A stretch of DNA of 64,000 nt, from positions 129,766,001 through 129,830,000 of the forward strand of contig OZ024745.1 of NCBI GenBank assembly GCA_964016885.1, written 5' to 3'. The notes beneath the pieces are model-generated. The model saw nothing but the letters and a program-made list of their open reading frames with translations. It made no database searches and had not been told where the DNA came from. Made by a program: the position numbers and the translations under genes. This document shows positions 41,898 to 55,140 of this stretch, in pieces. This stretch comes from Eledone cirrhosa. Its lineage: Eukaryota. The stretch's first letter is position 1; each line of letters opens with the position of its first letter.

Positions 41898-42949
41898 AGG
41901 AATGTCGTATAACCGGAAGTGTTGACATTTGAACATTTTAAAGAAGGGAATATTTAAATAATGTCTTTAATCTTTTAACATAATTCAGTAGACAAAAATA
42001 CCCTCACTTTTTTACTTGGAAAAAGTTAAATCTATGGTGCAAATTTGGTGCTGTTTGTTATTTACATACGGCCGTCAGCTTTATAGTATAGATATTCATT
42101 GATATAAGAAAATGAGAACAAGATCATCTAGAAGAGAGGAAACATAAGCATTGTTCATACTACCGTATGTAAAGAGTGTCTGTCTGGATTGCTGTATATG
42201 ACACTGATAACTTAAAGTATGCATTATTTTGATTAAAATATAGTGTCTAGAGGTCTTAGTGGATTTCTCTTTCTCCCCCTCTCTGTTTATATATTTGAGA
42301 ACCAGGGATGATCTTGCAAGAAGAAATACGACTGTCCATTACAATAAAACTGTAATGTCAAGTCCATTGTATAAGAGGCAGAGATCAGCTACACAAACAC
42401 GAACCAGCGGCAAACCCATGACAAATATGTAGATAGGGTGCAGGACCGACTTAAGAAAATGTTCTACTGGCATATTTCCTCGTTAAGGCAACCCGACACT
42501 GGATATAGGGTCTGGCAACTAAAAACAAAAGCAATAAAGCATAATATTACAGGGAAAGTGCTGTCCATGCTATACATAACACACACATACACACACACAC
42601 CCACACCCACACGGTCACGCGCGCACGCGCGCACACACACATACATACACACACACACACGCACATATATATAGTGTAGGTTGTTAAGTAAATTACTGTT
42701 GTTGACACACGATCAAGCACTCTACGCACAGGCAGAGTGTATATATTAGAGAAAGACGAGGCAGTTTCGTTTATATATATCAAAGATATCCGCAATGAAA
42801 TGCGATATAACATGTCGATACACCATAAATATATTTTATATGTGAAAGAAACTTTCTCATCTTTTTCTAATACATATATATATATGTATATATACATATA
42901 GGTTTCTGTGTGAGAGCATGCATTTATATATATATATATATATATATAA

Positions 42950-43286
42950 GCAGAAGGGATATTCAATTTGTTGGTAATTCAACAAATATAAATGTTTATA
43001 ACTGATTCAGAGCACTCGACAAGTTTTCTGTAGTATAATATACAATGATATTAAATAAATGGAAACTATATTTATAAAACCATATTTATTCTATTACATA
43101 TATTTCAAGGGTACACTATCCAAGGAAAACTTGAACCGTTAAGGTATATCTTCCTTGGTTAAAATTTATATAACACACTTCGTATTTTATCTCATGATAG
43201 CGTACCAAAATGTTGGTACCCTTGATTGAAATATATATAATAGAATAAACATGGTTTTATAAATATAGTTTCCATTTATTTAATAT

Positions 43287-43290
<4 letters not shown>
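42950..43290. mobile_element. Family B element, rearranged fold-back with decayed HHR
   Basis: Same extension as 34249 and 43616; inverted arms; CTCATGA...GAAA-tatata-TA. Confidence 0.8.
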
Positions 43291-43360
<70 letters not shown>

Positions 43361-43376
43361 TATAATATATAATATA

Positions 43377-43421
<45 letters not shown>

Positions 43422-43481
43422 ATATAATATAATATATATATATATAATATAATATAATATATATATATATAATATAATATA

Positions 43482-43524
<43 letters not shown>

Positions 43525-43528
<4 letters not shown>

Positions 43529-43592
43529 AAATTGTTTAACCCCGACGGCAGAGCTCAAGCCGTTTCGACCGCTATTTCTGGACTTGTAAGTA
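43525..43592 (-). mobile_element. Family D single arm in (TA)n
   Basis: Matches 12058-12119; helix III cggc/gccg. Confidence 0.8.
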
Positions 43593-43615
43593 TATATATA
43601 TATATATATATATAT

Positions 43616-44066
43616 GGAAAGTTATATTTAAATTGTTGGGTTACAACTAGTAAATATTTATAACTGATATAAAAGCACTCGACAAGTATTTGGAGTATAT
43701 TTACAATATTAAATAAATGGAAACTATATTTATAAAACCATATCTATTTCATTATATATATTTCAGGGATATCATATTAACAATATGCTATGCCTTCCTC
43801 AGACAAAATACAATATAAACAGTTTTATAGATAAATAGATTTGACATACCGTAACAACATCGACTTGTATTTGAAAAGTTGATTTGGCAGATCAACTTTT
43901 CAAATACAAGTCGATGTTGTTACGGTATGTCAAATCTATTTATCTATAAAACTGTTTATATTGTATTTTGTCTGAGGAAGGCATAGCATATTGTTAATAT
44001 GATATCCCTGAAATATATATAATGAAATAGATATGGTTTTATAAATATAGTTTCCATTTATTTAAT

Positions 44067-44072
<6 letters not shown>
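43616..44072. mobile_element. Family B fold-back element: 182-bp arms, HHR in each arm
   Basis: Arms 43702-43883 / 43891-44072; ~86-bp extension; (TA)n flanks. Confidence 0.92.
43965..44028 (+). ncRNA. Type I hammerhead ribozyme (mirror copy 43746-43809)
   Basis: attttgt-CTGAGGA-aggcatagcatatt/aatatgatatccct-GAAA-tatata-TA-atgaaat. Confidence 0.85.
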
Positions 44073-44104
<32 letters not shown>

Positions 44105-45105
44105 AGTGAACATGAATAATCAACTAATGATTCATAAGAGCATTGCATTGTGCTTCAGATATGAAATACTAGTATTGGAATAGTTTGCATTTCTAGGTTA
44201 CATGAGAAAAAAGAAAGAAGTAAACACTGGTTAGTCAGTTATTTACTGCATTGCATGATTTGTTTTCAACTAAACTAATCAGTTCTAATGAAATTGCTCG
44301 AATGTATTTAATTTTGTAAATAACTTTTGCGTTTAATTATGGCTTGGGAGTGGTGTGCTTTCGAAGATGAAATATGAAACCTAGAGGCCAATTATCAATT
44401 AATTAACACAGAAGCTCATTATAGATTTACAGTTAAATGTTTTGAAAGAACCTACATTTATACTGTTTTTTCATATTTCAATATTGTTTTGCCCTATATC
44501 TTTATGAATATCTCTTTAGAATATATTTTGCTACATCTCAATTTTTAATGAATTGGCTTACCTGAAACATAAATAAATATTGTTGTATTTTCCGGAATTG
44601 TATTTAAATTGCTGTTGTATTTCTCATAAATATTGGTGACGTTTCATTTTTTTTTCTCCAGCCGTAATAAACCGCGATGATATTTGTCACATCGCATAGA
44701 ATGGATAGCAGCTTCAGCGGAGTATATTCCTTCAATAAGCCGTGACATATGTAAAGTGCAACTACACCATACTCTGACAGTCACCCCATATAGTGTTCGG
44801 GTAATCTTAATATTTCATACATAAATTTCTTTTCTGGTAATATTTGATGACAACCTTTGCTGCTCTTTTCTTTGTTTCTGCTTTAATTGAGTACACACAC
44901 GTTGGAAATATATTCAAGTCGTGTTAATCCGTTTTATTATTTGTGTCGTTTCAACTAGAGAACATCCTAGACTGCGTTATTTTATTCATCACTCTTTCTA
45001 GATGGTGGAGTTTGCTTTGAGAAACATAAAAAGACATATAATTCAAGAGGCATTTAGAGAGAATATCCACCCCATAGGATAGGAGAACATACATTTTATT
45101 ATACT

Positions 45106-45512
45106 CTAGCTGGCCCCGTGCCGTCAAAAATGACGATTAATTGTACTATCTATACATGATATAAAAAAGCGATGTTTGTTAGTTGGTTGGTTGGTTCCTT
45201 CGCACTCACTTACACAAGTGATACAAACATACAGACACACAGCTGTGACGAATCTTAGAACGCTGGACTTCTATAGTTTCTTATCCCTTCTTTCCGCAGT
45301 CGACATAATCACCCCTTCCTTCCTCAGTCCACTTTATCACCCCTTCTTTAGTCGACATAATCACCGTTCCTTCCTCAGGTGACGTTATCATCCCTTCATT
45401 CCTCAGTCGACATAATCACCCCTTCCTTCCTCAGTCGACGTTATCACCCCTTCCATTCGCAGACATCTCTAGTGTGTGACGCTCAAAGACACTAGGCTAT
45501 TACATTAGTAGA
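45106..45512 (-). mobile_element. Helitron-like non-autonomous element with internal ~28-bp minisatellite
   Basis: Minus strand starts A|TCTACTAATG and ends with hairpin cgtcatttttgacg then CTAG; repeats of cagtcgacataatcaccccttccttcct at 45285-45460. Confidence 0.65.
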
Positions 45513-45859
45513 TTCTTCCTTATTTGATTGATTGCCATAATTTATATATTTAGATGCATTTACGTAACACATATTAAAGAAAGAATATGAATGGCGTTTG
45601 ACGATATTTTAACAAAACTATCTCATCAATATGGCATTCATCATATTCACTCCTTCCACAGCAGACGTTGATTATCAGATCACTATCTGTTGCCTTGTAA
45701 GCTATCATTATAAATTCAGGTAAAGCATAGAAAAAAATGCAAAATTTGTTAAACAAATCAACGTTCGGTGACTTGATGCTGAAATAAATGCTAGCTTTTC
45801 TCAATGATGCAACGTGCAGCTAGAACAAGTTAAATTTTTTAAAAAAATGCTTTTGAACA

Positions 45860-46500
45860 AATTTTCTTCAGGAAGCTCAAGAAAGCGTACGCCGCTACGG
45901 GAAAAGCGTTTGGCTAAAAATAAGCCTGAAAAAGACTGAAATCATATACATAGCCAAACAAGAAGCGTATCACTATATAGACACCAATACTGTGCACCAT
46001 CACATCAAATGCATGTGGTCATCAGTCATCTAAAATATGTGAAGTGCTTGCCATAATTAGAAAGTAAAAATAATTTTAGCGCTTCTTTAGACGATGAAAT
46101 AGTAAATAGTAACTACAAGGCTAGTGATGCCATTGGAAAGGTATGGAGTAGAGAAAGGGTTGAGTTTGAAAACTAGAAGCTCAGTTTAACCTGCAGTTGT
46201 CGTCTCAGAAATACTATATTGTTCTTAATCATGGACACAGTCCACAAGAGATATCTGTAGTTTCACATGGTAGGACAACATCCCTAATGAAATTTTATTT
46301 CACAAATGAAATATACGAAGGATAAAGTCCGTTTTGATGTAGTTTCAGTTGTAGACACCATATAGTTTGATACTTTCCGCCAGAAATATCTGTGGTCCCA
46401 CGTAAAAAAGCAGACTCTAATAAAAAGTTGTTTCAGAAATGCGATATACGAAGCATAGAGTCATTCGTGAAAGGCTGTTCATATTGCTAGGCAAGATAAT
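45860..46500 (+). mobile_element. RTE (BovB-like) LINE fragment
   Basis: KAFG/KISLKKTEIIY...SASLDDEIVNS..KASDAIGK...GLSLKTR...AVVVSEILYCS*SWT; 46385-46490 homologous to 49065-49175. Confidence 0.75.
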
Positions 46501-46686
46501 GAAAGAGTGTCGGAAATTCTCACTTATGGCTAACTTTAGGTAGTGGTGCGAAATGTGGGAAACCCTCTTTTTAGATACGAGGAAAATCTAAGAATAATAT
46601 CTAAAATATTGGAATACAAACTTCAACATTTGAGGAATTTGGTACTGGCAGTAATTGATGAAGGAAAACCTGTCAACATTTCTCAT

Positions 46687-46722
<36 letters not shown>

Positions 46723-46726
<4 letters not shown>

Positions 46727-47109
46727 AGGGAGTGTAACTTGGAGTTGCTCTTCGTTCACCCGGGTGAGCACTCGATTTTTAAGTTCACTTCAGTGTCGAG
46801 GTGTAGAGGTAGACAGAGTGTATTATAGTGTATTATAAATCCCGCAGAGGTTAACTTTGCTTTTCATCCTTACGGGGTCGATAAAATAAAGTACCAGTAA
46901 TGCACTGAGTAATTGCTGGACTTGTGCCAAAAGTAGAAACAATTATATACTATATTATATACTAACATTACAAGGGGTCCGACAACCCGCAGATTACAAA
47001 GTCGGGTAAGATCGATACAGATCGAACCTTGAGCTGATCGGTGGCGAAACGCGCGTCACTAACCAATAAATGTAATGATGATAACAATCGTCCTTGTTAT
47101 CTTTTCTTT

Positions 47110-47113
<4 letters not shown>
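46723..47113 (+). mobile_element. PLE-like insert in (TA)n with HHR 3' half, interrupted by a truncated SINE (46836-46945)
   Basis: GAAA-cgcgcg-TC at ~47046-47057 followed by AATAAA; no CTGANGA half found. Confidence 0.55.
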
Positions 47114-47162
<49 letters not shown>

Positions 47163-47189
47163 TTATATATATATATAATATTAATATTA

Positions 47190-47320
47190 ATAAATAGAAA
47201 ATATCTTTATAAAGCCATATTTATTTTAATATATATATTTCAAGGGTAGCAACACTTTGACTGGCACTCATCAGATAAAATACAAAAGTTGTTTTACAGA
47301 TAGTGACATATTCTAAAATA
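47190..47320 (-). mobile_element. Family B fragment with decayed HHR
   Basis: Minus strand: attttat-CTGATGA...cctt-GAAA-tatata-TA-ttaaaat. Confidence 0.7.
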
Positions 47321-47386
47321 GAACTGATCGTTTTAAGTTCTGTTTGAATAGATATGTCTTTGCTTATATATATATATATATATATG

Positions 47387-47418
<32 letters not shown>

Positions 47419-48302
47419 TGTATGTATGTATGTATGTATGTATGTGTATGCATGTATATATATGTATATATACGTACACATATATATATATATATATATT
47501 TATACATGCATTCATGCATACACATACACATATACTTACATATATGCATACATACATACATATATACAAATATACATACATTTATACATATATACAAACA
47601 TACATATATGCAAACATACATGCATGCATACATGCATACCTACATATATACATACATGGATACACACATGCAAACATATACATATACAAACACATACAGC
47701 CATCTTCACTCTATAGATTTAAGTGGTAATCACAAATATAATAAGACATTTTAAAGTAGATATCAACGACTTAGGTGAGGTTGTCGTTCTATTGTATATT
47801 TCTATAAATGTTACTCTAGAATACATCAACAACAATGGCGATGAAAATAAAGGTGATGATGACCAGGAGTTTGGAACAAGTTGACATCAATAATATTTTC
47901 GCTTAGGAATGCATGCATTGACCTTTACAACTTTAGGTGAAAAAATATAATTATAGAAAGCGTGACATATCTGAAATTTAAAGATAAAGTTTACCAATGT
48001 CTCACCGAGACATATGGTTGGAGGAAAAAAAATTAAAAATGAAGAATTCATTTGATATGAAAATGATAATTTAATACAAAGAAAAGAGAAATAGAAATTA
48101 TGATGATAAAATGAAAATTCTATTGTAAAATTGATGAAGCTGGGGAGTCAATCTAGATACAGATCTGAGCACACAGATATATACATATGTGAATATATGC
48201 ACGCGCCCTAACACGCGCATGCATATATATGTTTGCATATGTGTGTGTGCATATTTATATATGCATGTATGTAGTATCTTTGCATGTATGTATATGCGTA
48301 TA

Positions 48303-48333
<31 letters not shown>

Positions 48334-48389
48334 TTTTAAAATTAAAATAACATTTATTATTATTATTACTATATATATATATGTGTGTG

Positions 48390-48438
<49 letters not shown>

Positions 48439-48464
48439 AAAATAACATTTATTATTATTATTAC

Positions 48465-48533
<69 letters not shown>

Positions 48534-48556
48534 AAAATAACATTTATTATTATTAT

Positions 48557-48593
<37 letters not shown>

Positions 48594-48596
<3 letters not shown>

Positions 48597-48806
48597 TGAA
48601 ATTCACGGTTGAAATTCAGTGAATATCCAGTGAATTTCAACCGTTGAGGTTGTCTTTTTTCCAGGTATGTCAATATTTATTTATAAAACAAATCTGTATT
48701 TTATCTGATGAAAGAGCACCATAATTTACCTTGGGCGCCCTTGAAATATATATAATAAAATAATTATGGTTTTATAAATATAGTCTCCATTTATTAATAT
48801 ATTGTA
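48594..48806 (+). mobile_element. Family B arm with residual hairpin at the turn; HHR 48698-48761
   Basis: acggttgaaattca/tgaatttcaaccgt hairpin; attttat-CTGATGA-...-GAAA-tatata-TA-ataaaat. Confidence 0.85.
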
Positions 48807-49183
48807 TATATATATATATATATATATATGAACACATATATATGTGTATGTGTTTCTGTGTGTGTGTGCGTATGCATATATGTATTATCCTATTATTCTA
48901 TTATGTGTTCCAGCCGAGGGTCTGAGGCCATGTTGGGGCACCGGAATTTATGTTACACTTTCTATAGCCAGCCTTTCTTGGTTGGCCATTGTTACAAAAG
49001 GGAGTTTGTTGCTGCTGCACGTATTTGTGTTTTGCCTCGATGTGAGTTTCTACATTTCCTCAAGAAATATCTGTGGTTTCTTAATAAAAGCAGTCTCTAA
49101 TGAAAATTGGTTTCTCAAATGTGATATAGAATGCATAGAGTCATTCGTTACAGGCTGGCCATGTTGCTATGGAATCTCGATGT

Positions 49184-49384
49184 GAGTTACTATAACGATA
49201 TCATACCATGTTCGTACGCTTTGTTAGCCCTGAGGACCAACGTGTTCAACCAGTGTAGATGAAAGACAAAGGGAAAATGTTTCCAGAAATATTTACCGGT
49301 TCATTTTCATCGACACGGGTTGAACAAGTTGGTCCTCGGGGCTAACGAAACGTACGTACTTGGTATAGTACCGTTGAAGTAAAT
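49184..49384. mobile_element. Old imperfect fold-back with HHR 3' half
   Basis: gttagccctgaggaccaacgtgttcaacc / ggttgaacaagttggtcctcggggctaac-GAAA-cgtacg-TA. Confidence 0.65.
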
Positions 49385-50076
49385 GGCATTAATAATTATA
49401 TTCAACCTCGCCCTACGAACTTGAGTTGCGTTATACCTCGGATATTTTTACCGTTAAATATATATATATATTACTAAAACTCTGTGATTTCTTGCTTGCT
49501 TACCTACTTGTCTGTAATGTAATACAGCCAAAAGGGCACATAATGGGAAAATACTTTGAGAGGAAGTTGTCCCTGAAATGGAAATACAAATGGAATAAAA
49601 CAAGTTTCGCGTGATTCGAAGCACGGGTTCCCGTGATATGGGGTTTTCTGGGTACCTTCATAAGCAGAGAGAGAGAAGGATAGAGAGAAAGAGATCGTGC
49701 TTGTGAGAGAGTAGATTAAAAGAGAGACAGAGAGAGAGGGGAGGAGACAGAGAAAGAGAATAGAAGAGAGAGAGAGCTGATGGTGTTGGTGTGTATATAT
49801 ATGTGAGTATGTGTGTGTGTATATGTATGTGTGTGTCTATGACAGGCACCCACACACATATATATATATATACACACGCACATACATACATATATATATG
49901 TAGAAAAACAGACACATTTATATATATATATATATATATACATACACACATGTATATGTATGGGCCTTCCAGTTTCATTTCACATTATATACATATCTGT
50001 ATATTTTAGTTATTTAAAAATTATTTTAAAGTGAAAGTGACCCAAAGGGCCACGGATGGTCTAGCATATATATATA

Positions 50077-50243
50077 TACAATATATTAACAAATGGAAAC
50101 TATATTTATAAAACCATATTTATTTCATTATGCATATTTCAAGGGCCACCAAGGCAGATTATGGTGCGCTTTCATCAGATAAAATATAATATAGATTAGT
50201 TTTATAAATAAATATTGACATACCCTGAAAAAATACAACCTCC
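50077..50243 (-). mobile_element. Family B arm with HHR 50122-50185
   Basis: Minus strand: attttat-CTGATGA-aagcgcacca/tggtggccctt-GAAA-tatgca-TA-atgaaat. Confidence 0.82.
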
Positions 50244-50277
<34 letters not shown>

Positions 50278-50399
50278 AGAAGGTAAACAGAAATAACAAC
50301 ACAATCGGTACAGTATATGGAGGGGGCGGGCGGGTTGGAATTGGAAAAATGTCTTTAGATAAAAATAACAGGTCTATTCATGTTGACATCTCATGTATA

Positions 50400-50588
50400 T
50401 ATATAGGAGACGATCGACTTTCGTCAAATCGGACCGAGGGAACAGTGTTTCCGTTGGTCTTTCCAATTGCTAATACTATCTATCGGTCGCAACTCCAGGT
50501 AGAAGGAGCAACATGGAATAAAGTGTCTTGCTCAAGGACATAACGCATCGCCTGGTCCAGGAATCGAACTCACAACCTTACGATTGCG

Positions 50589-50590
<2 letters not shown>
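50400..50590 (-). mobile_element. CORE-type SINE
   Basis: Minus strand: gagttcgattcctgg...tgtccttgagcaagacacttta. Confidence 0.75.
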
Positions 50591-50627
<37 letters not shown>

Positions 50628-50629
<2 letters not shown>

Positions 50630-50862
50630 CCTCGCCGCATTTTCGACTAGAGGAACCTTAGCCTGATAATGGGGTTTAGAACCCTCAGATAAATGGAAAG
50701 AGATGAGTATTGACGTACATGGGAGTCAATACTCACCTCTATCCATTTATTTGAGGGTTCTAAACCCCATTATCAGGCTAAGGTTCCTTTAGTCGAAAAT
50801 GCGGTGAGGGCTATTCTGTTTTCTAGTTTCGGGCCTGCTCGCTGTTTCAAAGCATACTTACT

Positions 50863-50863
<1 letters not shown>
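50628..50863. mobile_element. Family C fold-back element in (TA)n
   Basis: 86-bp arms 50629-50714 / 50725-50810 with few mismatches, plus 53-bp extension. Confidence 0.88.
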
Positions 50864-50915
<52 letters not shown>

Positions 50916-51117
50916 CAAGCCGAAATCGGTGTTCATAAAGCAAAATATAGAATAAATATCAAAAACCTTGCAAAACAAATATATCGCCACCAGGGATCAT
51001 GTTTTATTAGAAGACTATACCAATGCAAATGCGACATTAAATATTAAAACTACTACAACAAAGATATTCGGATGGTACCTTGGATTATTTAATGGTCATT
51101 ATATTTTAAGACAAATA

Positions 51118-51305
51118 GGGCGGTGAATTGGCAGTATCGGTAGAGGGTCGGACGCCATGCTTTCTAGCATAGTTACGTCCCTTTACAGTCTGAGTTCAAA
51201 TCCAGCCGAGGTTAACTTTGCCTTTCATCCTTACGGGGTCGATAAAATAAAGTACCAGTAATGTACTGGATAATTGCTGGACTTGTGCCTAAAGTATAAA
51301 CAATT
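51118..51305 (+). mobile_element. Full-length SINE with perfect 20-bp TSD
   Basis: attatattttaagacaaata at 51098-51117 and 51303-51322. Confidence 0.95.
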
Positions 51306-54204
51306 ATATTTTAAGACAAATATTATTTTGAAGAAGGGATTTTTCGCGATAGAGAAGGACCATTAAAAATCCTCAAGTTACAATTCCAACACATTTTTAA
51401 TGCTGTATCTTTAATTTTTTCTCATCATTTGTGCCTTGCAGAAACCAAAATGAATTTACGTACCTTCGTCTATTGTCAGACAAATCTTAACAGTAAGAAG
51501 ATTCTTTATGATAGATAGTCTTATCATTTCTAGGATTCTGAAAATCCTTTAATTCTGGTTACCGCGGACAGATTAAGTGAAATACCACAAAAAACATCAG
51601 GGGTTGTAATGCTTTAGAAAATACAAAAGCTAAAGTACGATCTCATGACGTCTCCTGACGTGGACACCGATAATTTCGACATAGCTGCAGCCATTATTAA
51701 AAACTAAGAGAAAACCACCCTTCGGGTGGTTTTCTGCTATCATGTGCAGTGTGCATATTGATATTATACGGAAATATACATGTATGTAAATATGATACAT
51801 CAAATAAAATCGTAATTGACAATATGCACAGAAATTGAAAAGAGACTGTGTTACACTCTCTTCTGTAATCAGTAAAGTAATCCATGATACATTTTAAAAA
51901 GACGATATTATATATAAACTGCATTACTGAAACATTTTATGAAAACGACGAATGAGAAAATTAGTGACGGAATTATAAACCTTATTTAAAGATGCAAATA
52001 TATGAACGTTTACATAAGCAATGGACGATAACCTGAAGTGTTGACATTTCAAAATTTTAAAAGAAGTGAATCTTAAAATAAGCAATCATTATATATAAGA
52101 ATATTTATGTTTAATCAACTGCTATGAAATTTAGTACATAAATTATGTAATAGTCATTCATTATTTATGCAAAGTAACTTATTTTACTAACGGGATAAAA
52201 AAAATATATTCAGGACACAATCCAGCATTTCCTTTATCATATTAAGATGACACGTTTGGACGATTGTTATATTTCACCAGCTGATAACATTGCACTCTTT
52301 GCAATATATCAGAGGCTACTATCCTTATAAGATTCCTTGAAAAACGACAGAAAATATTGATCTTTATAATAACACCTCAAAATGAATTATCAGTGTCAGG
52401 ATTAATTAAGTTTTAATTACAACGTGTCTGTGGAATTCTCAGCCTCTTGCAAGTCAAATTCACGAGCATGCTGCTCCGTTGATCACAACACTCGAGCATT
52501 CATCAACTAAATCTATTCAAGGGAATTCATCTACTATCATCAGTGGAGTTTAATAAGGACAATAAAATAAAACTCTTTATAATTTGATGACTATTCTATA
52601 TTGTAGAAATTGAAAAGTTATCACGTCATAGTTGAAATCAAATTAAGAATGGCCCCATATTAACAATGATGAAATAAATCTTTTAGTATTTTTCTCCATG
52701 CAAAGAAATACATATTTCAAACTGCCATGCATATTTCTATGACCGTAGGTTTTTAATTGCGGGTTAATTAAATCTACAATCGATACATGGATATCACGTA
52801 ATTCAACACGAAATAATTCAAATGAAATTTATGCTAATTGTTCATTTTCATTATTTCATGCAGCTTTTCACTTTTGGGGTAGAAATTTGTAATTCCATTC
52901 AAATGTATATATGTATGAATGTGTATCTCGACTTGTGCATGTTTATGAAAAATTGTATCTGTAACATATAGATTTTCTGATATTGATTTACGACTTTTAA
53001 AGCTAAGGTCGACTTATAAATTCCATAGATAGAGATTGATAAAATAATCACCGGATTTTATTTACTAAAATCTTGACGGTCATTAACCCATAATGGCTAC
53101 ATTTCAAAGAATGAGACTAGCAAAAAGAAACAAAAGTATAATATTTTACATTCAATTAAAATGTTCATAGTAACTATAGTAAATACTTAAAAATGGCTTG
53201 AACAAATTCGTTGGCGTTACATTCATAATAATGTGGACATTATTTCATGATCGAATCTAGGTTGTGACACAGAAAACATAAACAAAACGTGATTCAAAAT
53301 GTTAAGTAATATTCATGAAGAAGAATTAAAACGACTTTATCGTGTAGATAGTTATTATAAAGTTCGGAGTGATATTTCTCAACTGGTATCGATTAGCTCA
53401 GTTATATCCCCCATCGTTGCAATATTCATCTCACTTGGTATCATAATTGAATCTACCACGACCCAGCACAGAAACCTCATCACCACAATCCTTCTCTTCA
53501 TCATCCCCCCCCCCACACACACTTTATTCTCCTTCCCACCACCATCTTCTTTCACAACCGTCAACATTCTTTATATCAGCAGCATCATCTGATTGAAATA
53601 TAGTCACGACAACAATGATTATCATCATAAACTATATAGCCATCAGTAGCAGAGCATTATCTTTATTACCACATACAAATTATTATTTTTATCATCATTC
53701 TATCTATCATCATAATCATCATTATTAGCATTACTATATTCAACTGTGTGCGAATTTGATGCACACTTCATTTTAAATTAATACATGCGATGCATTCGAC
53801 AAAGCCTACTTCCTTCCTGTAGTTAACAATGAACTGCAGGAACCATGTTCAACAGAAGCAGCAATAACAACAACACAGGAATTTCAGCATACTTAACTGC
53901 AAGTGCAACATTAGCAACAATATCAAGCAGTGCCCCAGGAATATTTACTGTAACAAAAGAGGCAAAACAAGTAATACGAGTAGATTTAATAGTAACAATG
54001 ATTAAAACCTTCAAAACATCAACATACAGAGAAAAGACGAAATGAGAATCCAAGTTGAGCTGCAACAGAAACAACAGCAGAAGTATCAGTAATAACAGCA
54101 GCTTTTGCTACAGCTGCAACAGCAAATATAACTTCGAAAACCATTAACATTAACAGTATAATCAGTATTAGAATCACCAAAAGCATATTTAACAACTTTA
54201 GTGA

Positions 54205-54480
54205 CAAAATTAACAGTAGTAGCAGCTACAGCAACAACAACAACAGCAGTAGCAGCTACAGCAACAACAATAACAACAGTAGCAGCTGCAGCAACAACAA
54301 TAATAACAGTAGCAGCTACAATAACAACAGTAGCAGCTCCAACAACAACAATAACAGTAGCAGCAACAACAACAGCAGTGGCACCCACAACAACAACAAC
54401 ATTGGCATCAACAACAACAACAACAACAGGCCTGCAGCCACAACAACAGCAACAAATTTTGCAGCCACAATAACAGCAAT
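54205..54480 (+). repeat. (ACA/GCA)-rich low-complexity minisatellite
   Basis: Repeats of aacagtagcagctacagcaacaacaa. Confidence 0.85.
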
Positions 54481-54509
54481 AAAACAGCAAAGCGAGAAGA
54501 TCATCAACA

Positions 54510-55140
54510 TGGTGGATTGGCTGAATCGGTAGGGCGACAGACACCAAGCTTTGTAGCATAGAATTAGGGCCCTTTGTGATCTGAGTTTAAATCCCGCCGA
54601 GGTTAACTTTGCCTTTCATCCTTACAGGATCGATAACATAAAGTACCAGTCACGCACTGGGCTATTTGCTGGCTTTGTGCCAAATGTAGAAATAATTATT
54701 ATTATCCTGATTATCATAACGGACAGCAATAATGGTTTCTTATATAGGCACAAGGCCAGCAATTTCGGGAGAGGGGAAAGTCGATTAAATCGACTCCAGT
54801 GCGTGACTGGTACTTTATTTTATCGACTCCATAAGGATGAAAGGCAAAGTTAACCTCGGTGGGATTTGAACTCAGATCATAAAGGGCCGTAACTCTATGG
54901 CGTCCGACCCTCTACCGATACTGCCAATCGGTTAGGTACCACAAGAAAGACCTCACAAATGATATTGGCATATCATATCGAATTTATTATCACTATTATT
55001 ATCATTAGCAACATAATTTTATATCAATAATTGTTTCTACTTTTGGCACAAGGCCAGCAATTATTCCAGTGTATTACTGGTACTTTATTGTATCGACCCA
55101 ATGACGATGAAAGGCAAAGTTAACCTCAGCGGGATTTGAA
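54510..55140. mobile_element. Three SINEs: + 54510-54705, - 54730-54930, - 55027-55140
   Basis: Consensus matches. Confidence 0.9.

Larger units (their letters stand above)
40225..42092 (-). mobile_element. Possible Helitron-like non-autonomous element with nested inserts
   Basis: Minus-strand 5' TCTATACTATAAAG at 42092; subterminal hairpin acccagcttcgctagggt and CTAT (for CTAG) end at 40225; linkage of the two ends uncertain. Confidence 0.35.

Noticed and set aside
54086-54559. Mucin-like T/A/Q-rich ORFs
   Set aside because: Low-complexity (ACA/GCA)n; short and open on both strands
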